Below are positions 26,331 to 32,000 of a stretch of DNA of 32,000 bases, piece by piece. Below the pieces are notes generated by a model. It saw nothing but the letters and a program-made list of their open reading frames with translations, ran no database searches and had not been told where the DNA came from. The position numbers and the translations under genes are program-made. This DNA is from Xylanibacter ruminicola 23 (GTDB taxonomy: Bacteria > Bacteroidota > Bacteroidia > Bacteroidales > Bacteroidaceae). Position 1 is the first letter of the stretch. Each line of letters starts with the position of its first letter. The stretch is from the NCBI RefSeq assembly GCF_000025925.1, contig NC_014033.1:3270001-3302000 (forward strand). Reading direction: 5' to 3'.

Positions 26331-27782
26331 TTAGCGCTTTTTGAAATTCCACTTACAGTTGTCTGTATTGAAATCGTATTTAGCGAGTGTAGGTGTTGAG
26401 TCGCCTGCTGAGTAGAGGCAGAACTCCTTGTTCACGCCCTCCTGACCAGGAATGGCCTTAGGCATGATGCGGTAAGTACCGTCTGTCAGCTGCTCAATAC
26501 GCCAGAGCTGTTCGTCGGCACCGGTATAGGCAGGAACGGTTGTTACCTCCTTGTTGGCTGTAGCAGCGAGTGCACGGTCGGTACCTTCGATGGTGATCTT
26601 GAAGTAAGGATTGCTCAGATAACCACCTGCAGAGTCAACTGGAGTAATGGTCCAGCGCTGGTGAGGACGGTTCATATAGTCGCAGATGCGAGCAGGAATA
26701 TCACCCTTAGGCCATGTGTCGATTACCTCAGCGAGGGTCTGGTTAGCGATAGGCTTCACAGGCTGCTCCATCTGGTTGCGGTTGAACCAGCCCTGGCGCT
26801 CCTGCTTCATGCGAATAAAGTCAACGGTGAGCTCCAAAGCATAACCACGGCGCTCCGACTCAATCCAGAAGTTGCCACCCTTGAAGTTATCACCGGCAAC
26901 AGGCCAACCGTTCTTCCATACGATAGGACGTACGGCTAATACCGAACGGCCGCTCTGCTCAAAGTCGGCCTCCCAGTGGAACGACATCACCTCAACACCT
27001 TCATCGACGATGAAACGTCCGAAGTGACCAGCACCGCAGGCACGGTCTTCGGCTGCTATCACCATCTTTCCTCCGCCATGATACATGTCACGACCTACAT
27101 TGTCGAGATAAGGACCTTCTACGTTGCAAGAACGGCCCACTACAATATTATAGGTAGAGTTCACACCGTCGCAGCAAGTGCCGTGGGTTCCCAACAGATA
27201 GTACCAGCCATCGCGGTACATCAAGTCTGAAGCTTCGCAGTCGATAGCAATATCCTTCTCTTTGTTACCCTTCTTGCGGAAACCGGTCTTGGGGTCGAGC
27301 TCAATCAGTCGGATGGTGCCGAAATAGGTACCGTAGCTTACCCACAGGCGTCCTGTCGTGGGGTCTAACAGCAAACCGGGGTCGATGGCATCCTGATCTT
27401 CCATGCCGTCAGAGGCGCAAACCTCTACAGCCTCACTCCATTTGAAGTCGGGCGACTTGGGGTCGAGGGTTTTGTTCCACATGGTGAGGATACGACCAGC
27501 GTGTCCGCCACCTAAGCCACCACCTGTTGCACCGTAGATGCAGAGGTAACGATCGCCAATCTTCAGTACGTCGGGGGCTGCGCCGCCACCAGGACGGTCG
27601 GCGCCGCTATGCCAGCTCCAGCCATCGTCGGTAATGATACCGCCGCCACCAGTGCCAAAGGTGTAGTATTTGCCATCGCACTCAGCGAGTGTCGAGGGGT
27701 CGTGAATATAAGGTGCGCCAATTTGCGCATTAGCGGCTGCTGTTACAGCAAGTGCCGCCAGAAGTGTATGTAGTCTTTTCAT
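26331..27782 (-). CDS. Glycoside hydrolase family 43 (endo-arabinanase-like five-bladed propeller) with a C-terminal ricin-type (CBM13-like) lectin module
   Basis: The 483-aa product has a signal peptide ending ANAQ. The GH43 N-terminal catalytic context is YIHDPS, with further propeller motifs (AIDPGLLLD, SYGTYFG). The C-terminal module carries a QxW-type motif (EQLWRIEQLTDGTYRI). Confidence 0.8.
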   Translation of the reverse strand: MKRLHTLLAALAVTAAANAQIGAPYIHDPSTLAECDGKYYTFGTGGGGIITDDGWSWHSGADRPGGGAAPDVLKIGDRYLCIYGATGGGLGGGHAGRILTMWNKTLDPKSPDFKWSEAVEVCASDGMEDQDAIDPGLLLDPTTGRLWVSYGTYFGTIRLIELDPKTGFRKKGNKEKDIAIDCEASDLMYRDGWYYLLGTHGTCCDGVNSTYNIVVGRSCNVEGPYLDNVGRDMYHGGGKMVIAAEDRACGAGHFGRFIVDEGVEVMSFHWEADFEQSGRSVLAVRPIVWKNGWPVAGDNFKGGNFWIESERRGYALELTVDFIRMKQERQGWFNRNQMEQPVKPIANQTLAEVIDTWPKGDIPARICDYMNRPHQRWTITPVDSAGGYLSNPYFKITIEGTDRALAATANKEVTTVPAYTGADEQLWRIEQLTDGTYRIMPKAIPGQEGVNKEFCLYSAGDSTPTLAKYDFNTDNCKWNFKKR

Positions 27783-27783
27783 T

Positions 27784-29880
27784 TTATTGTGCTTTGATTG
27801 TATAGTTAGTTACAGGATTACCTTTCTCGTCGAGGAAACGAACACAGAAGTCGCTCATGCCAGGACCGTTAATAACGGCACCACGCAGGATGTTACGTCC
27901 CTTCTTCAGGGTGAGGCGAGCCGACATGGCGTCGTCCTTAACCATGCGGCGGTCGCCAGAGAGCAGCAGAGCCTCCTCGCCATTGAGCCACCACATTGAG
28001 GCTGAGTTAGAACCTACGGCCAGGCGTACGTTTTCGATGTCCTCGTCGCAGTCAATGATAGTTACAGCCCAGAAGAGTACGCCGTAAACCTGCTGTCCCC
28101 ATTTCTCAGCAAAACGGAACAGTTTTACGTTCATGTTCTCGCTGTCGAGAGCATGCCATGTCAGTGTCTGCTTAACGGTTGTTACCTTTGGCTCGGCAGG
28201 TGCCTGCTGACCAAAGCCGCGACCGAAGCCGGGAGCTACTTCTACCTTCTTATATTCGGCCTTCACTTTCTGTCCATCCTTTGGAACGATGGTCTGCTGG
28301 CCCTTGAAGTACGTTGTGTTAAAGTGCTCGCGCAGATAAGAGTCGGTGAATACGGTATTGCCACTATTGGGCTTGTCGATAGGCTCCAGGAGGAACCAGC
28401 GACGAATGAATCCCTCGTTATCGGGCTTAGCGCTAGGCGTGGTCACTGCCGAGAAGTACTTAGGACGGTTCTTGAACTGAATCCAGTCAACACTCACACC
28501 AGCATCGCCTTCACAGGTGATTACCAGGTCGGTAACACCCTTTGGCATGTACTCTAATGGGGCTGTGAGTGTGAGCCACTGGTTACTGAAGTCGCGACGG
28601 AACATAGCTGGTGCGCCAGCAGGACTCTCGGGCTTCACGGTCATGTCGATCTTAGCGATAATCTTGCCGTTGGATGACTTTTCACGTACGTAGAGTGTGG
28701 TATTGCCGGCTGCCTTGGCATTTACAATCAGGTATCCCTCGGTCAGACAGTCGAAGTTTACGTCGTTATACTTAATCCAGCTGCCCTTTACGGGGAGTGT
28801 GGCCTGGTAACTACGGAATGTATTAACAGTGTCGATCAGCGATGTGGTTACATCATTGCTGGCCTCGCTGTAGCGGTCGATTTCAATCTTCTCTGTTGCC
28901 TCGTTGATACCTGCACCACGCATGGTTGGCTTCACCTCCTGGATAGTGCCGTCGGGGTTGAAGTACAGCTTCTCGATACATACCGAACGGCGCTTGTCGT
29001 CGCGGGGCGAGAAGTCGTTGTGGTGATAGAACAGATACCACTGACCCTTGTAGTTGATAATGCTGTGATGGTTGGTCCAGCAGCCGTTGGCATGCTCGGC
29101 CATAATCAAGCCTTTGTACTCGTAGGGGCCCATGGGGTTCTTACTCATGGCATAACCGAGAACCTCGGTATTCTCTCTTACATAAGGATAGGTGAGATAA
29201 TAGTTACCATTATATTCGAAAGCGAATGGACCTTCGGCCTGACGACTTGGCAGTCCCTTCAGGCAGTTCACACCTTTCATTTCAAATTCACGCTCGCCAA
29301 ATTTTACTTTCTCTGTTGGTGTGTCGTCGGCCAGCTCCTTCATGTTGGGCTTAAGCTTGGCGCAGCGTCCTGCACCCCAGAAAATGTAAGCATTACCATC
29401 CGAAGCCTGGAGCACGCAGGGGTCGATACCGCTGATGCCTTTGATGGGCTCTGGCTCTGGAATGAATGGACCCTCAGGATTGTCGGCAACAGCTACGCCG
29501 ATACCAAATCCAAATCCCTTTCCCTCAGCGGGGGCAGATGGGAAGTAGAAATAGTACTTGCCGTTGCGATAAACACAGTCGGGCGCCCACATCGAGTACG
29601 AGTTAGGACGTACCCAGGGCACTTTGTTCTGGGTTACAATCACACCATGATCTGTCCAATCGGTCAGATTCTCTGATGAGAATACGTGGTAGTCTTCCAT
29701 GCAGAACCAGTCCTGTCGCTGACCAGCGGGTGGCATGATGTCGTGCGATGGATAGAGATACACTTTGTTGTTGAATACGCGAGCCGTCGGGTCTGCCGAG
29801 AATTGGTCGCGGATTACCGGATTCTGTGCTAATGATACCAGAGGCACAGACATCAGTAAAGAAATACAAATTTTCTTCAT
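27784..29880 (-). CDS. Glycoside hydrolase family 43 (beta-xylosidase/alpha-L-arabinofuranosidase-like) plus a CBM6-like module and an unassigned C-terminal domain of about 230 aa
   Basis: The ATG is at 29878-29880 (MKKICISLLMSVPLVSLAQ). The GH43 core has NPVIRDQFSADPTARVF, WAPDCVY and AEGPFAF. The CBM6-like segment has IEIDRYSEAS..GSWIKYNDVNF..VDWIQF. It sits 1 nt from the next gene. Confidence 0.85.
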   Translation of the reverse strand: MKKICISLLMSVPLVSLAQNPVIRDQFSADPTARVFNNKVYLYPSHDIMPPAGQRQDWFCMEDYHVFSSENLTDWTDHGVIVTQNKVPWVRPNSYSMWAPDCVYRNGKYYFYFPSAPAEGKGFGFGIGVAVADNPEGPFIPEPEPIKGISGIDPCVLQASDGNAYIFWGAGRCAKLKPNMKELADDTPTEKVKFGEREFEMKGVNCLKGLPSRQAEGPFAFEYNGNYYLTYPYVRENTEVLGYAMSKNPMGPYEYKGLIMAEHANGCWTNHHSIINYKGQWYLFYHHNDFSPRDDKRRSVCIEKLYFNPDGTIQEVKPTMRGAGINEATEKIEIDRYSEASNDVTTSLIDTVNTFRSYQATLPVKGSWIKYNDVNFDCLTEGYLIVNAKAAGNTTLYVREKSSNGKIIAKIDMTVKPESPAGAPAMFRRDFSNQWLTLTAPLEYMPKGVTDLVITCEGDAGVSVDWIQFKNRPKYFSAVTTPSAKPDNEGFIRRWFLLEPIDKPNSGNTVFTDSYLREHFNTTYFKGQQTIVPKDGQKVKAEYKKVEVAPGFGRGFGQQAPAEPKVTTVKQTLTWHALDSENMNVKLFRFAEKWGQQVYGVLFWAVTIIDCDEDIENVRLAVGSNSASMWWLNGEEALLLSGDRRMVKDDAMSARLTLKKGRNILRGAVINGPGMSDFCVRFLDEKGNPVTNYTIKAQ

Positions 29881-30041
29881 TGGCAATGGTTTGTTATTTA
29901 TTATAGATAATGTATAGTAATACGTTTAATCGTTAGATTTCAGTTATTTGAGTCTTTTCTTAGGGAAACGTTTAATCCCTTATTACCTTTTTATATATAA
30001 ATGTTACAAATGCAAAACTGATTGTAACATTCCTCTTCGCA

Positions 30042-30072
30042 AAGATGCCGCGTTATCACAACGCAGCATCTT
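30042..30072. repeat. Hairpin element copy 1 (AAGATGCcGCGTT-atcac-AACGCaGCATCTT), a paralogue of the terminator hairpin at 30341-30364
   Basis: The stem has 12 bp plus one C/A mismatch. It shares with copy 2 the ordered blocks TGCCGC-N8/9-ACGCAGCA-N-CTT-N2-AAAT-N1/4-CCAAAACAA. Confidence 0.6.
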
Positions 30073-30218
30073 ACAAATAAAACCAAAACAAGTCTTTTTT
30101 AGTATTAATCTGTATAGTCGTATGGTCAGATTCTTATAATTGGTAAGAGAAGCTTCTGGATAGTGGTAAAAGGTTTATGGCTGACTATCACTGATGCCAC
30201 TTTTGTTGTAACACGTTG

Positions 30219-30226
30219 CAAATATA
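30219..30226 (-). promoter_or_regulatory. -7 box TAtaTTTG, a candidate promoter for the GH43 genes or an unannotated transcript, about 340 nt upstream of the GH43 ATG
   Basis: The minus strand reads atcgTATATTTGcaacgtgttacaa. It is the only canonical TAnnTTTG on the minus strand in the 547-bp spacer. Confidence 0.4.
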
Positions 30227-30332
30227 CGATAAAAATACACTTTCTAACTTTATTTCTTGTAACAAATTCTTTTTGTTTTATATCATTCTTGTTAATTTGT
30301 TTTAATATGTGGGTAAATGTTGCTTTTAGCAC

Positions 30333-30364
30333 AAAAAAAAGTGCCGCATCTCGCGACGCAGCAC
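30333..30364 (-). terminator. Rho-independent terminator after the PUL 2 susD-like gene (hairpin element copy 2)
   Basis: The minus strand reads GTGCTGCGtcgcgagatGCGGCAC followed by TTTTTTTT (plus-strand A8 at 30333-30340). It lies 70 nt after the stop at 30434. Confidence 0.65.
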
Positions 30365-30433
30365 CTTCGAAATACCAAAACAATGTGTCTAATACTAACT
30401 ACTATAATTCATTTGTTAAACATCCGATTTGAT

Positions 30434-32000
30434 TTAGTTGTTAGCCCAACCACGTACCTGATGCATCTGATCGTTGATTTCGATAACGGTCTGTGGAATT
30501 GGCCAGTACTCATTCTTACCAGCTACGAACTGGAGTTTGATACCAGCGTCGGCGAATGGATGATGGATCTTGTAATAGAGCTTGTGAGGCTTGGTCTTTG
30601 GAGCAGAACCATCTGAAGGATTCCAGTACTCATCCCACTGCAGAGGAATGTTGTCGAGAACCTTGTCGTAGCACTGCTTAGCAATACCCCAACGTACGAT
30701 GTCGAACCAACGGCAACCCTCGAACCAGAGCTCATACTGCTTCTCGTCCTGAATGGTCTGCAGGTCAACTGATGAAGAGATGGTCTTAGAACCGGCGCGC
30801 TGCTGGATCTTGTTCACATACTTCAGAGCCTCTGAGCTGTTGCCAGATGCCAAGCAAGCCTCGGCATAGAGCAGGTAAGCCTCGCCCAGACGTGCCAGGC
30901 ACAGGTTGGTGTTGTTACAGTTGTCACCTACAGAGAGGTCAACATCCTTAGGATGACACATCATCTTCACCTCCATGACATCACTGCGAGAGAAAGAACC
31001 GGCACTCTTGGTGATACCGCGATTCTCGTCAAATTCCTTCTCGGCACGAGTTGAGAGTTTTCCGCCTGCTTCTACGTCGTCAGCCCATGGGCAAAGTGTT
31101 GCATCGTAGAAGAACTCGTCAGAGGTGAGGAAGGTTGCCTTACGACGATAGCTGTCGCCATCATTAGCAAGCATCTTGTGAGCGAAATCCTGGTTGATAG
31201 AGCCACCGCCCCAACCACCGGTTGCGCAGATTTGTGGATTCTTACCACCGCCTACGATATCGTCACCACGCCAGTTGAGTACGTTGGCAACCATCCAACG
31301 GCCGCGCTGAATGCTACCGCCCCATACACCACCGATAGCAGTGTTAGTGGTATAGTTGAACTCGAAGATCTTCTCCTCGCAACCGTCACCCTCTACGTGG
31401 AACAGGTCGCGGAAACGGTTACCGGGAACCAGTGCATAGTTTGAAGACTCAACCAGTGGCTTCAGCAGACTGGCTGCCTTAGCGTTATCACCAGCGAACA
31501 GGGCAGATTTTCCACCTACGAACTGAGCAAATCCCTTTGTTACGCGCCAAGCACCTTCCTTGTCGCTCTGACCCTTACGCTCAGGCAGATCGTTTGCTGC
31601 TTCTTCGCATTCCTTGACACACCAGTCGAAAATCTCTTTCTGAGAAATGTCGTTAGATGGCTTGTCGGTAGTGATCAGGTGGTCAACCAATGGTGGCTGA
31701 TAGTAAACCTGTGCAGCCAGCATGTGAGCCCATGCACGCATTACTCTTGCCTCGGCAACAGCCTGTTTCTTAGTAGGTGTGTCAGCGAGTTCGCCACCAA
31801 AGTAGTTGATAACCAGGTTGGCAGAGTAGATGGCCTTATAGATGTGGTTGTAAAGGGTGCTGACTGGACCGAAACTGGCATCGTAGCGGAATTCGTTCAA
31901 CTCACGGAATCCAGTATGGTCGGCCATGTCGCCACCTGCTGCGAATACATCGTCAGATGCATAGTTGATACCTGTGATATAGGCACTCCAGATACCTTCA
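30434..32000 (-). CDS. SusD/RagB-family outer-membrane lipoprotein (PUL 2), 5'-truncated by the window edge
   Basis: The frame stays open upstream of the track's Met at 31927 as far as the window end (..YASDDVFAAGGDMADHTGF..). SusD-like TPR helices are present, and the C-terminal end is ...EINDQMHQVRGWANN. Confidence 0.85.
   Translation of the reverse strand, partial: EGIWSAYITGINYASDDVFAAGGDMADHTGFRELNEFRYDASFGPVSTLYNHIYKAIYSANLVINYFGGELADTPTKKQAVAEARVMRAWAHMLAAQVYYQPPLVDHLITTDKPSNDISQKEIFDWCVKECEEAANDLPERKGQSDKEGAWRVTKGFAQFVGGKSALFAGDNAKAASLLKPLVESSNYALVPGNRFRDLFHVEGDGCEEKIFEFNYTTNTAIGGVWGGSIQRGRWMVANVLNWRGDDIVGGGKNPQICATGGWGGGSINQDFAHKMLANDGDSYRRKATFLTSDEFFYDATLCPWADDVEAGGKLSTRAEKEFDENRGITKSAGSFSRSDVMEVKMMCHPKDVDLSVGDNCNNTNLCLARLGEAYLLYAEACLASGNSSEALKYVNKIQQRAGSKTISSSVDLQTIQDEKQYELWFEGCRWFDIVRWGIAKQCYDKVLDNIPLQWDEYWNPSDGSAPKTKPHKLYYKIHHPFADAGIKLQFVAGKNEYWPIPQTVIEINDQMHQVRGWANN

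Noticed and set aside
30038-30092. Hairpin module copies as a MITE or other mobile element.
   Set aside because: There are only two copies in the window, with no terminal inverted repeats beyond the stem itself and no target-site duplication. One copy functions plausibly as an ordinary terminator.
29948-30432. Small ORFs in the AT-rich PUL 2 spacer: 29948..30139 + (63 aa), 30126..30383 - (85 aa), 30163..30432 + (89 aa) and 30317..30616 + (99 aa).
   Set aside because: They overlap one another and run through the terminator hairpin and A8/T8 tract. They have AT-rich skewed composition (K/F/I/L/N), with no upstream promoter in the right place and no recognisable motif. I judge them most likely non-coding.

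Overview
This is a gene-dense 32-kb chromosomal window from a Bacteroidota genome. I infer Bacteroidales, probably Prevotella/Segatella-like, from SusC/SusD loci together with T9SS genes and TAnnTTTG -7 promoter boxes. Left to right, the window contains: (1) the 3' end of a T9SS-secreted CBM-containing protein; (2) a minus-strand GT4 / acetyltransferase / GT2 glycan-synthesis operon; (3) a 410-bp gene-free gap with an orphan plus-strand promoter and two tandem intrinsic terminators, which I call a candidate sRNA; (4) a minus-strand FAH-family / porU / porV / ispF block, the T9SS sortase and shuttle; (5) PUL 1 on the minus strand, with susC-like, susD-like, an uncharacterised surface lipoprotein, a CE1 esterase and a GH3; (6) a divergent exported HAD-IB lipoprotein, a hybrid two-component system (HTCS) and a separately promoted GH13; (7) the distal end of PUL 2 on the minus strand, with a partial susD-like gene, a 550-bp structured spacer, a GH43+CBM6 and a GH43+ricin-like gene. 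I found no rRNA, tRNA, CRISPR, transposase, integrase or phage genes. I saw no convincing novel multi-gene system. The points most worth follow-up are cis elements and small-scale structure. They include a 42-bp phased direct-repeat element present at equal distance upstream of both the HAD and HTCS promoters. They also include the orphan promoter/terminator unit, 7- and 8-nt tandem-repeat intercistronic spacers and in-CDS heptamer tracts, and a duplicated hairpin module in the PUL 2 spacer. All protein calls rest on motif recognition by eye, because no database search was possible.
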